The position numbers were made by a program, and so were the translations under genes. Below the pieces are notes generated by a model. It saw only the letters and a list, made by a program, of their open reading frames with translations. It made no database searches and was not told the DNA's origin. A DNA stretch of 64,000 nucleotides from Tubulanus polymorphus (taxonomy: Eukaryota; Animalia; Nemertea): contig NC_134025.1 in assembly GCF_964204645.1 (NCBI RefSeq), positions 22,486,299 through 22,550,298 on the forward strand, read 5' to 3'. Each line of letters starts with the position of its first letter. Position 1 is the first letter of the stretch. Below, piece by piece: positions 29,694 to 42,224 of the stretch.

Positions 29694-31223
29694 GCTTCTC
29701 AGTCAGTTTGCCCTTCAAAGCACCCCTGAAAACTACTGAACGTACTCTTCGTCATTCACACTTTTATTTACAACAACAGCATTTCGGATGCTGAATGAAA
29801 CGAATCCGATAGTATAAACTGACATTTAAATGAACTAGCGCCGAGGAATTTATCTGATCAATGTAGGCGAATTAGTTCGTAACTGATCCGCCCAAATAAG
29901 GTTACAGAGCTAAGAATGTTTGTTAAAACACTCGAGAGTTTATCAGGATGTGCACAGTTCGAGGTGGCACATATCGTGTGTTCGTTATCGGGACCTGTCA
30001 ATTTCTATTGTTTGTTTCACCGTAGTACCTAGGATGCCCCATGGTAGTTATTTATACGCTATAGCTGCCAAGATTTACACACACCACCACGTCCTACGAG
30101 AGAGGGTCATAAATCAGTGATTAGGATAACAGGTCATAGAATTCAAGTGACAACTAAACTTATCGAACTGAAATATAGCGGAACGACATTTCAAGTCGAA
30201 AACCTAAGATGAAATTAACGAAATAATAAATTTTGTCCCATACAAAAATCCCAATGATTTCCTTAGGCCTACTCCAGCTAAATCCTAACTATCAGTTGAA
30301 ACAAACAGATTCTCTGTTCACCTAGAGTTCGGGCCCGTACCCAGGGGGAGGAGAGGGGTACGTCGGTTTTGCGAACCCACCTCCCGCAAGATCATGAGTT
30401 CCGCTTTTTTTTGACAAAGAAAAACTATCACGTTAATGTTTCAGAGACATTGTTGATATTAAATAATCATTAACATGTAGTATCTAAAAGGCTTCAAATT
30501 TTCAAAAATTTTTTGAGGGAGGACCCCCAAACACCCCGCAAGGCGCATGCTATTGCCAGTTAGGCGGTCTAATGAGTTCCGCTTCATCTAAATTCGCACC
30601 CATCCAAAATTAAGGCTGCGTATGGCCTGAAGTTAGTTTTAACAAAGTTTTGAGTAATTCAAAGCAATTTAGCCAAATTATGCAAGTAGAAACACGCGAA
30701 CACATGGTGGAAATAAAATACAATGATATTCATTGACTTAGATTTAGCGATTCGATTAAAAATCTGATCTCATCGTGAGAGAATATAAAAACCAAAGACG
30801 CAAAGGCGTAATAAAAAGTATTAGTCTATTATTCTAATAATCTTAGAACGCACGCGTCATCGTAGTCTATATGATAAAAACCGTATCATAATTTACAGCG
30901 CATTATGCGAGCCGCCGTATACAACAGTACACACGTTTTATCCATTTCATTGATGATGATTCATCATCGCCGCCCGTTGCCTCGATAGATTTTAAACAAC
31001 TATAAAGAGAGCATTGAACGCTTGATATATGGCTAATCTTAGTCAACCGCTGCGTGTAAAGACTTTGTAAACTCCAGATGGTGCACGGTAATCATGAAGA
31101 GCTACTAAAGCTACCTATAGAGATAGATAGCAAACCGAGACCTATCCGCGCTAGATACTTACATGATTTTTTTACGCGGACACATTGCGGCTCGCGGAAA
31201 AAGCCTACGCCTTAAAGGTTTTC

Positions 31224-32960
31224 TCACACGACCGCCTCCTCTTTGCGTCCGATGAATATTCGACAATAGAAACGTTTCCATGAGTTAATCGTTTTGCCCG
31301 ACCAGATCCAGAACCCGGACGTGATGCCGACGATCAACGTCATCAGGTACTTGATCATCGCGAACGTGAAGTCCGGCTTCGCCAGCTGGTCTCGGCTGTA
31401 TATTTTTGGACACGGTATGACATGTTTGCCGCACATGCGATGGTGCCACTCGACCATCCACCGGTCGTGCGAATGTAGTTCGTACACATAATACGCGACG
31501 ATGATCACGGCCGGCGCGATGTACAATACTGAAAATATGCCGATGCGCACCATCAGCTTTTCCAACTTGTCCGTCTTCGTGCCGTCACTTTTCATGATCG
31601 TGCGTATGCGGAACAGCGACACGAACCCGGCGAACAGGAAGCACGACCCGATGACCAGAAACACGACTAACGGCACCAGCACGAACCCGAGCAGCGTGTT
31701 CGTGTCCGATATGCCGGTGAAACAGACGCCGCTGACGCTGTCGCCGTCGACCTTGCCCATCGCGAGCAACGCAATCGTCAATATCGCCGGCACGGCCCAC
31801 GACGCCAGGTGAAAGTATTGAGAATTCGCCTCGATCGCCTCGTGGCCCCATTTCATACCAGCGGCGAGGAACCAGGTCAACGTGAGGATCACCCACCAAA
31901 TCGAACTGGCCATACTGAAGAAATAGAGCATCATGAACAAAATCGTGCAGCCTTCTTCCTTCGTGCCTTGTACGATTATTTTCGGTAGGTTCGCCGTCGA
32001 GTTCGCGCCCGCGGTCGGGAAATCGCGGCACGAAACGCTGTCGCGTATGATAAATCCGACGATGTACGCGATCGCGACGATGCAGTAGCAGCCGGACAGG
32101 AAGATGATCGGTCGTTCGGGATAGCGAAACCGGCCCATGTCGATCAGGAACGTCAACACGGTGAACAACGTCGACAACACGCACAATATCGACCAGACAC
32201 CGATCCACAACCACGCGAAGAACTTCAAACTCGGATCGCTGAAGAACATGTCGTCGCACGGCGCGCCGCAATCTTTCTCGACGTGATTGCCGACTTGTAA
32301 TTTGTACGAATATTCCGGGGGCACGCGGTACTTCACCGGGCATTCGAAACGGTGTCGCCCGGAGTTATCGCGACCGCCTCCTTGGTTCGGGTCGACGCCT
32401 TTATCTGGTCCGATCGTCGGCTCGACCGTTTCGTTTTCGCCGACGCATAATCCCTTGCTCGGAAAACTCGCGCAATCCAGACTGGTCGGCCATTGAAATC
32501 CGAACTTATTCATGAGGCTTTCGCAGCCGTTTCGCGCCTGTATACACAGAGTCCTACACGGCGGAATCGCCTCTTCCAACACCGTACAAACCGGTATATA
32601 AATAGCGCAGAGGAAAAATTTCAAATGCGGGCTGCAACGAACTTTGACGAGTGGAAAGAACTGATGCACTTCGAGTCCGGCGTCGTCTTGAGTTTGGTGA
32701 TTTAGTAAATTCGGCATGATCGTTTGATTGTATTGGATATCTTTGCACAACGGAACAGTAATCGGCTCGCATTTGCCGTGGCTTATCGTCAAACCGGGGT
32801 CAGTGTATTCGGTGCTGTATTGAGATTGTTGAGACGAACGTCCGTTTTGTATTAAAAAGAACACGAAAATACAAGCTACGAACCACATTTTATTTGCACC
32901 TCCTCCAGCAGCACCACCACGAGCCGACAAGAAATCGCGTCCAAAAACTTCGATAGTCAT
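31224..32960 (-). CDS. FZD1/2/7: Frizzled-1/2/7 Wnt receptor, intronless CDS (578 aa from ATG 32960; 554 aa from ATG 32888)
   Basis: Signal peptide [12 protein letters not shown]; [50 protein letters not shown]...[13 protein letters not shown], typical of the FZD1/2/7 clade; seven TM segments with [10 protein letters not shown] and WGHEAIE; Dishevelled motif KTINSW. The ORF-track start at 32984 is a GTG. Confidence 0.97.
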   Translation of the reverse strand: MTIEVFGRDFLSARGGAAGGGANKMWFVACIFVFFLIQNGRSSQQSQYSTEYTDPGLTISHGKCEPITVPLCKDIQYNQTIMPNLLNHQTQDDAGLEVHQFFPLVKVRCSPHLKFFLCAIYIPVCTVLEEAIPPCRTLCIQARNGCESLMNKFGFQWPTSLDCASFPSKGLCVGENETVEPTIGPDKGVDPNQGGGRDNSGRHRFECPVKYRVPPEYSYKLQVGNHVEKDCGAPCDDMFFSDPSLKFFAWLWIGVWSILCVLSTLFTVLTFLIDMGRFRYPERPIIFLSGCYCIVAIAYIVGFIIRDSVSCRDFPTAGANSTANLPKIIVQGTKEEGCTILFMMLYFFSMASSIWWVILTLTWFLAAGMKWGHEAIEANSQYFHLASWAVPAILTIALLAMGKVDGDSVSGVCFTGISDTNTLLGFVLVPLVVFLVIGSCFLFAGFVSLFRIRTIMKSDGTKTDKLEKLMVRIGIFSVLYIAPAVIIVAYYVYELHSHDRWMVEWHHRMCGKHVIPCPKIYSRDQLAKPDFTFAMIKYLMTLIVGITSGFWIWSGKTINSWKRFYCRIFIGRKEEAVV

Positions 32961-33254
32961 CTTCTCAAAATCTGCGTTAACCACAACAACGGCGACGATA
33001 TTCCATAAGATACCTTCTTGCTTGAATCGTATCTGATAAAAGCCTGTTTAGTGTCTGTTAAAATCTAACGTAAAAAACTTGTCCAGAGAGAAACCAGCAA
33101 CATAAGCAGCAGCGGGGAAGACTTCACACTTCGCTCTCTGCCATCATCATCATCATGGCTGCCTTTGTGAACGAAGAAAAATACTGCCTGACCGTGGTTT
33201 TCGGATCCCCACCAACGCGCGGCGTTCAACCGTTCTCTCGAAACCGTCGCTCGC

Positions 33255-33560
33255 GCACTTGCCAATTAACGGGAAACCGGGCCGTTCATTGGTCCGTTAT
33301 AATTGAGTCATCGATCGTAAACACGAAGCTGTTTCGGTTTTCCTCCCCGAACAACTAACCACGTGTCATCCATTGAATGTTTTTACCAATCCCTCACGTG
33401 CCAGTGTATCAATTCGGAATGCGGTAGTCGGACAACGGCCGGCGACGAATAGATTAACGATGACCAATTGTTCATTGTAATCATGTATTCATTCCCTAAT
33501 TTGTCTACTTGATTAATGATGTCCCTACTTAATTAGTCACCTTATCATTGTTGGCAACAC
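33255..33560 (-). promoter_or_regulatory. Probable Frizzled proximal promoter/enhancer
   Basis: CCAAT motifs (~33262, 33288, 33386), two CACGTG E-boxes (33360, 33395), and Sox-type CATTGT and TAAT clusters just upstream of the CDS. TSS not determinable. Confidence 0.45.
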
Positions 33561-36447
33561 TAAGGCCTACGTGCCAGCGGTTCCGACGAGGACGCCGGCC
33601 GGCGCGCCCCGGCTTCGCCAGTCACGGGCAGCCAGCCCAATATTTCAATAGAGTCTATTCGTTCATTTTCCATATCATCAAAAAACAAATTAGACCGGGT
33701 ATGACTGAAAATTCTCACGTTTTCAAGAAGCGATCACAAATCCCGGCCTATTGCCAACTGATTGTCAGTAGCCCGTCGGGTTCGGTATCCCACTGACTCT
33801 AAACCCCGACTGTCAATGGCTACTACAAAATTAAAACTAAATCATTTTCAGACCGAAAGTTAATATGATTTATGAAACTAACTCAGTACCGGTATCTGAG
33901 ATGCCAAATTACCCGTCCATTGCGTGCTTCCGAGTGATATGGATACTACATCGATTTTTCATCTATGATTTTACTGTGACAAGTCATTATTACTTATCGG
34001 GTTATAACTGCAGCGATACATGGGTAGCAGGTTATAATCCGGCCCCCGATAAATATCCCACAAGGTAGAAATTCCAAAATGTATAAATATGGTATGATGC
34101 ATTGATATTGTTGTAAAACTTATTAGCCTATCTAGTTTTTACTCTAGTTTGATAGAAAACTGAATCGGGGGGGGGGGGGGGATTTTAACAGGGGGATTGC
34201 CTACATTCCATATAATAGCGATCGACAGTGGGAATGTCGGTCAGTTGTCGTGACATCTTCCAGGTGATCCCAAGTTCCCAAGTTGACCAAAACATTTGCA
34301 AACGTGGACAAAAAAATAAAATCCTACGTACAACAGCTTTGCAAACATCGGCTTAATGGATTTTCAGATTCGATCTACATTCAACGAGCTCTGAAGCGAC
34401 CGGCAAGCACATCTAAACGTGACTGCGCTTCGACGATTTGATTGACGGGATGCGGGAATTGATCGAAATGCAATCAACAGGTCTGAATCTTTCCGTACGA
34501 TCAACAAAATGAATATTAGTCCCTCGTGGCGATGCACAGTGAAAACCGAAAGAAGCATTCGTGATTAGGTTATGTCGCGTAGAATGAATGCGCTTCAGGC
34601 GTCGCTGGATCGTGGAGCCGTCGACGTAGAGAGACAATTCCAGATCAAACATGCTCGAATATCTCATTGCTATTTATACCGAACTAACAATTACCGCGAT
34701 CCTGGTGATGAAGATAACCAGGGGCACTGTATTGGATGCGTGGGGGTTCCACAAAAATGATAAGCCATTGACTTATCGAGTTTATACATCCACGAATATA
34801 ATCAGGGCGGAATTAGGGATTGGTCCACCCCATCAAAATTCAAACGTGCCCTCCAAAAAGTATGGATTTTTTTTCGAAGGAAACTTTAGAAAGACGAAAA
34901 ATCAACCCAAAAGGTCCCTTTGGCTGGAAAAGCTCCTTTTTGTGCTAAATCATTTTGGTGTAGGTCCACCAGAACCCCCACTGGCCAAATGTTGCGGCTA
35001 GTGGCCCTCGCATTGCCAAATCTGCCTTTTTCAAGTTAAGTGTCCATTCAAATTCTAGATCCATCACCACCTTCATCCCACATCCGCCCTTGTACAACAA
35101 GCTTATCGTAATGCAAGGATCAAAGAGCAGGTACAGTGCAGCATGTAATTCACCGTCAGTATTGGCCGTCAATAGTGACTTTTATTACTATGTATATTCT
35201 CTGTAGGCCTATATCTTCTTTTCTATGAAATAAATGAACTTGAATTTTTTACTTCAGATAGCCGCTTTCGCTTGACGGCCAAAATGACAAGCTGTGACGT
35301 CACGAGAATTGGTGATTGCTCGTAGGTATATTGCAACTATAGACAGAGCTTATACAGTGACACAGCTGACGGCAAGATCAATTACTTGAAATGTTTTTTT
35401 TTTCGGGATCAGCCTCTTTCCTTAATTTCCACACCATTCTCAAAGGGGGTTGTCGAAGTATATGCGGATTGATGGCAATTCTGTTATGGTTATACGACAG
35501 TAAGAGACCCGAGCAGGCATCAGTAATATAGCGAGTATCACGCTGGCGACTACGAAAGATTAATGATGTAGTCCCTCGTAGTCGTCTATTTAATTACCAC
35601 TTAGGCGGTCGTTTGACCTCTCCAGGGGAACGTCTGTTCTAAGGTGAATCATTCTTTCCGCTCAAGCGCAAGACTTATGTCATCACGTACGCCTCAAACC
35701 CAAACTCGTCAACTTTTTTGCTGTCAAGAAAAATCGGTTCGTGCCGTGGCCGAGTGTAGCGATGCCATCGGGTTCGAATCGCCAAGGGAGGATGGGGCCT
35801 GATCCGTGATCGACTTGAATCTAGTCCATATACCTCCATATAGAGAGGACCTTCGATTTATTCCCAATCAAAGAGATCAAATGCTCCAAAATACCTCCTC
35901 CAATCGCAAACGAGTTTTGGAGTATAATGTGAAAGAAAGACTTATAAATAAATAAATATTACTTTATTCACATTATCATCATATTATCACCATTGTGTCT
36001 GATATGATATGATATGTTAACAGAATGTTATAGAGAGATTGCACACAGATCTATTTTACAGCAACAAGCCGATCTCATGTTGCACGTTTCATGAGATTAG
36101 AAAGCTTCGACATTAATCGCATTATCATATCTTCCACTGAGTTGCAAAAACATATATTTCAATAACAAACAAAAAAACTAATTAAAGGAGGGAATTTTCA
36201 TTATAACTTCGCGAGTGTGACACACACCGGTTTCGAATATCAAAAGAAACGAAAATAAGTTTCTGATTTCAATTGTATACCGATGCTTTTATCTTAGCCA
36301 AGTTCGTCAAAGAGTCGTATACTCTATTCGAGCATGAAAAACTGGTCGATCAATTAAGGACAGAATCAGTAGTAACTGAGTAATACAAAAACATGATCGC
36401 GGATCACTACTGTAGACCCCGCACTCGAGTTACATAGCCGTAAATAG

Positions 36448-36760
36448 GGAGGTTTCCAGTTAGCAGGCGCCATTTTGAAGCGGTCCCGCAGGTCCCACAT
36501 TGTTGCACAGATTTTGTGACATTTTTTACAGTAAAACCTTTAGTACAATTCATTTGTTGTCCATCTGCCTTTTGCCACAAAAATTAAAGCTATACATCGT
36601 TAGAAAGGTGACAATTTCTATGTTCTCATGGAGTTTTTTTCGTTTTTTCATGGAATGAAACTAACTCCATCAGCAAATAGAAATAAAAAAATGTTATTAA
36701 AATCTATCCGACGATGTGGGACTGCCCCCTCAAAATGGCGCTTGGTAACTGGAAACCTCC
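36448..36760. mobile_element. TIR MITE (~313 bp), superfamily unresolved
   Basis: TIRs GGAGGTTTCCAGTTAGCAGGCGCCATTTTGA / TCAAAATGGCGCTTGGTAACTGGAAACCTCC. No clear TSD. Confidence 0.75.
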
Positions 36761-37574
36761 ACATCGTGAATCATTCCAAAAAATGGTCATGCCTTCCAAA
36801 AAGAATGGGTTTATCTTTTTTAAATAGAAATACAAAATTGGATTTTATCAATATACGCATTACAGATCAATGTACATCCAATACATACAGTGCCGACCTC
36901 TATGTATTGTTGTTAGACCCTACCTCTTCCAGCATGCGTGCATTCTATTCTTTCCCGAAAATGCCAAGATATCATTTAAAAAAACCATTTAGCTTCTACA
37001 AAGCACCACTACACAAAATTGAGCGTGACCCGGTAATTTCCCGAAACGCGAAATTGAGCTAGTCTGCAACAACTAAAATTTAAACTGTTGCCATCATGCA
37101 AAAACAAGTATTCAATATTATGTTATTTGAGCGAGAAATTAAAAAGAAAATCACGCAAACCCTATTCATAAACCATTGTTAAAAACAGGGCACCAAAAAA
37201 ATATTTTCCTTGATTAGTGCATCATTTCTTAATGTTTGTCTTTAGAATAAAATCGGCTACGTAGTTAAATCCCAAATTTCTTGTATTTTGGGATTGAAAA
37301 ACTTGATAATTTCGTAGATAATTCTTGATAATTTTTTTGCCACTAAGAAAGAGATTGACGAAGATAGGAAATCATCTCAGTTGGATGCAGGTAGGAGGTT
37401 ATAACAAATAGGATTTGCGATACTTATTGCCTTTTTTCATCGTAAAACATCAAAATTCGTAATAAACTTCGAAACATATCATTCGTATTCTGTACAAACA
37501 ATCATTATAACATACATATCAATAAGCCATTTTGTTAAAAAGGACTAAAAGAAAAAAACTCTCACAAAACGAAG

Positions 37575-37611
<37 letters not shown>

Positions 37612-37892
37612 TACATATATATCTATTACTGTAAATATATATTCTGTAAAATATTGAGGAATTGTGGATATAAAATAATATGATACTTAAAATATAAAAT
37701 AGTTAATGAAATAACAATCATTACGTAAACGTAGATAATATATACAGATACAGATCTTCTTCCAGCTTCTGAATAAAATCGACACAAGTCTCAACATTTT
37801 GATATGTTTGATGAATACTCAAATCAATAAATGGTTCTAGCCACCGGTGAAACAGTTCTGAAGTTGTGAGTTGAAATGTGATTTGAGTTTAA

Positions 37893-38099
37893 CTCTTTAA
37901 AGGCCCAAAGCACCTTTTTGAGTCAACATCTAAGTGTAAAAATGGTAGGGAATTGGGCCTATTCCATTCTTCTGAATGTAAATTCTGTCCCCACCCAGCT
38001 TACTGGTTCTTGGGAATTTATCAAAGTCGCGTGATGGGAAATATGCCATCACACACTCACCTTTGATAAGTTTTCTAGAGTGGTCCAGGCTTTAAAGGG
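37893..38099. mobile_element. piggyBac-like MITE, degenerate
   Basis: TTAA|CTCTTTAAAG ... CTTTAAAGGG|TTAA. Confidence 0.55.
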
Positions 38100-39971
38100 T
38101 TAAAATTTGAAAACTAACTCATTTAATTCAGATGTTCAAAATCAACTCACTTTTTTAATGAGAGTTTCCCTGAAAAAACTTATGTAAAACCGAATATAGA
38201 TAGCTAGGTATTGAATAAAAGATCACCTGGCAATATTGATTATTGTGAAATACTAGGCAAGGCATTATACAAATAATTATATTATTACAAATCAACTATT
38301 CAACAAAATCTGAAAGACCTACAGTTGTATATACGGACACCCAGCATGTCACAAGATTATTCTACTCTTGATTTGTTCCTGGATATCAATCAACAAGGAC
38401 CCTGTCGCAAAAATAGAAAATCATTTTGGCTATTCAAATATTTAAAAACTTTCTTACCTGTAAAACAGGTCAGGTGAATTGATGAAATTGTCTGATATTG
38501 TGGCTGGCAAATGCACAAATAAGATATAACAATGAATTTTCTAAATTCATTATCAACATAGCTTGCAAAAATCTGAAGGTCAAAATTTGCTCATCATTTA
38601 CTTTTTGGTGCTGAAACTCAATTTTGTACAGGAAAACTTGGTCAAGAATAAAAATTCTTGTGACGTCATATGCAAGTTTTTGCTAATAAAAAGCGATAAA
38701 GGACCTATAAATACAAACTCTTACAGAGGTCATGGTTCAACTCCGACTAAACATTACGATGTAATCAAATGACTAGCAACTAATTTCCGCTAACAAATAC
38801 CATATCAACAACTAGCGTGTTTTTAGGTTTTAAATGGTAAAATGCAAGGTAATGATAATACAAAATAATAAACAGCTATATAAACTCATTTCTTCAATAT
38901 AACCACTGTATATTTCACCTAATAAGGGCTGAGCAAAGAAAACTTCTCACTGAAGTAGTAAACAATGAAGATCTTCAGCTGTCTTGGCAAGTTATCGATC
39001 AAATTTTTATACTTTCTAGTGTGTCTGGTGTGAGCAGATGGCTCATTTGCTTTGTCAATAGAACGAAAAATACGTATGTTTTTTATTCCCTTTTCCTACG
39101 GTTAACTGAGAGCTAAGCTCAGGTCGACTAAGATCCCATAAGATCACCAAACCGTAAGGAGGCGAGTCTGCAATTTTAGAATCGGAACCTTTTCGACTTG
39201 AGAGTACTTATAACCATGATGGATTACTTGCAGACCAATCGTAAGCCGAATCGTAAGGATAGAATAAGTTCTATTTTCTAAAACCGATCTCAAAGTGGTA
39301 GCCAATCAGCAACGAGTGTTGCGTCACATGACTTTAAGACTCGGCGATGATCAAGTCGTAGTCGACCGGAGTGTTCTTAAGAGACAAACAAATCGGCGAT
39401 CAGCGATCACGTGATTACCTACTGCTGTTCTTACGACGATCTAATCAGGTCGCGCGTCAAACTGCGTCTGTTCAAGTCCATGATCAGTCTGTTTCGTCAA
39501 CTATTTTGTTAAGAATCAGAACTTCAATTGCGAATATCCCTAAATAATCTCTAAACTCAATATTCAAATTATGCGAACAATTAGTTTCACGTTAATAAAT
39601 AAGAAACAGAGTAAAACGAGTTAAATGAATAAAATATAATGAAAATAAAATAAACCATCGATAACTTTCATCTCTTTGAGCACACATTATGCACCGTTAC
39701 TTAACACAAAATTGACATGCAGTGATCCCATACCGGTATTTCATAATGAGAAACATTATTGTCATATTCGTAATACATTATATATTGAGTCATCTACATA
39801 CCTTGTAAATATATAAAATATAAACAACAGTACCGGTCATTTTTGTCACATATGACATAGGTGAAAAATGCATTTTCTCTAATGAATTTTAACAAATACA
39901 AGTACATATAGATATTTGTGGTCACAGGTTGTATCAGTAAAGTGTCGCAAACTAATTTTGATGAAATCAAC

Positions 39972-40212
39972 CAGGGGCGGATCCAGAGTGTGCGACCCTC
40001 CTCTATAATGTCAAGTTGCCCTGAAATTTCACAGGAAAATGAAGAATATCAAACTGATACCTTAAGAAGTTTAAATTCATAAGTTTGTTCACTGTATTCA
40101 AAAAAATGAGTTAATGTTTCTGATGAGCTTTCTTTCATGGTACCCTTTTGATTATACAATGTGCCCTATAATGGGGATCCCCTCCCTGAACCAGAACCTA
40201 GATCCGCCCCTG
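39972..40212. mobile_element. hAT-like MITE, CAGGGGCGGAT family
   Basis: TIRs CAGGGGCGGATCCAG / CTAGATCCGCCCCTG. Related termini at 50092-50267, ~52458-52700, ~56491-56767 and ~60497. Confidence 0.7.
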
Positions 40213-41749
40213 ATAACCCATGAATTTGTAAAATTAAATGGCTTCTAAAGTTAATGTCACACTCTTATAGAATTCAATCTATTTCATTTGGATTCATAAC
40301 CCTGTCATGTAAAAGAAACGATTGAATTAACAATCTTTTCGCTATACAAACAGCGCTATCAAAAGAGCGTTATTAGCTAGCTACTTTTTAGCAAGTAGGA
40401 ACATTTTGGCCATGTACTGTTTGGGTACCATTTGTTGCGCGCGGGTACATGAAGATACATGTAAACTGAACAATCTCTACACTGTTAGTGTGCAGTAAGT
40501 GTATATAAGAAAATATAGATATATTCTGGCCATGAAATACTGAATATGAAAGTACTTATTTATTAGCAACCGATCTTAAAAATGTTCAGATGATATTTAG
40601 CCACAAACCACTAGCCTGTTCCATAGTTGTTGGTTAAGATTCGACTTACCAACCATACAAATTAAATCGTAGGAAACCAATCATTGAGATCAGAATCTGG
40701 TTCGGGCTCTTAACATAAGCTGTGATCACTCCGGCCTTTTTGGCTCAGGTCAACTACTCAAAGCCAAATGGGCTTGTGCCTGTTTGACCTGGGCCAGATT
40801 ATGACCCGACCAAAATGCCGGGCCTGATCCGGGCCACGGACACATGGAAACTAAATTATACATCTAGTTTATACGTTCACATCAACGATCTAACTGACCC
40901 TGCACGCCTTTGAATAAGGTTATAACGCTATCAATTGATGTTATTGTTTACACAATTTCAATACATAGCTTGGGGTGTGTATGTACATCAGTGCATGGAC
41001 TCTAGAACGAATTGGTTTTAGAGACCACGATCAGTGGTAGATTAGAAAATGTCTTAACGCTGCATTCATTTACAGTGTACATACTTAATCACAGATTTAC
41101 AGGTTAGCTAGCCGATGAAGCCGTGAAAAAGTCGGTTCAATTTCCAATCTTACTCATTTTCCATGTAATTCTGGTGCCGCGTTCCACAGCTATAAAACAA
41201 GTATAAGTTCTAGTTTCCCTGATCGATCTTATATACTATACCACGATTATGAATACTGGCGAACATTGAAGCTACATTCATATACACATATTTGATCGTG
41301 AGATTTGATATGTTCTTACGTTGTTTGTTATACCAACTGAGCCAAAAGGATTATCACTCGCGCGGTGAGAAAGAAATTTCAACTCGGCACAATGCCGAAC
41401 CGGTGAAATTTCCGAACGAAAAACTTGCACGTAGGTCTCAACCTAATCACTGGAGAGTGACGCGGCGTGAGTTAAAGCATGATTAGACCGAGAAGAGGTA
41501 TCTGGAATGACGAACGACGAAATGAAATTGCACATTAAGACGAGCCTAGTTTGATTTTCAACCGCCGACATCAATGCGTATCGAAAATAATCAGTGACTT
41601 CATTTACGCTTCTTATGAAAGATTTGTCTTCGTATTTGTTGAGCAGCCGATATCGTAACTGTTTGAATTATGAAATTCAATACATCTGCAATGGAAAGGT
41701 AAGATTATACCGACAATGTTTAAGCATATCAAAAACAATGTCTCTTGAA

Positions 41750-42163
41750 GGTTAGCAGGTCAACTTGTATCCGGGTCAACTCTAACCTATTGCAGACAAC
41801 TCCCTGCATTTTGACAAGCTGTGTTCCCTTCCCCTACTTAAATACTTATTTTTCCTGTATAAGTTTTGTATCAAGGCCAGGATTCCAGTTTGATATCAAA
41901 GCAAAAACATGAGCTTTCCATTAACAACATCAGATACATGTATAACAATGCGATAGATGATATTTTTGACATATGTGAAAAAACCTTTCTTCTGATAATG
42001 GTTAAAATTTTCTTATTTTTGTTAATACGAACAAGATGCTACATGAAATATCTAGAAACAGGATAACAGTTGAGTATAGTTAGGTACATTAAGACTTAAA
42101 AGACTTAAGAAGGGTGAGTTGACCTGGGTTGGAGTTGACTCGGGTATGAGATGACTGTAAATC
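41750..42163. mobile_element. TIR element with 8-bp TSD (Merlin-like) in the predicted CDK14 3'UTR intron
   Basis: CTCTTGAA duplicated at 41742-41749 and 42164-42171. Imperfect TIRs contain gtcaact / agttgac repeats. Confidence 0.65.
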
Positions 42164-42224
42164 CTCTTGAAAGATGGCTATCAACTCACATTCATCCATA
42201 AGTAGTACTTAAGGTTATGTGGTG

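Noticed and set aside
31294-32772. Overlapping and antisense ORFs in Frizzled, including the 252-aa frame at 31585-32343
   Set aside because: These are expected shadows of GC-rich codon usage and show no recognisable domain.
35743-35800. tRNA gene (A-box and B-box motifs; similar B-box near 59038)
   Set aside because: No acceptor stem or cloverleaf; better explained as SINE debris.
36628-37062. 144-aa ORF
   Set aside because: It starts inside a MITE, runs into AT-rich sequence, and has no motif or splice support.
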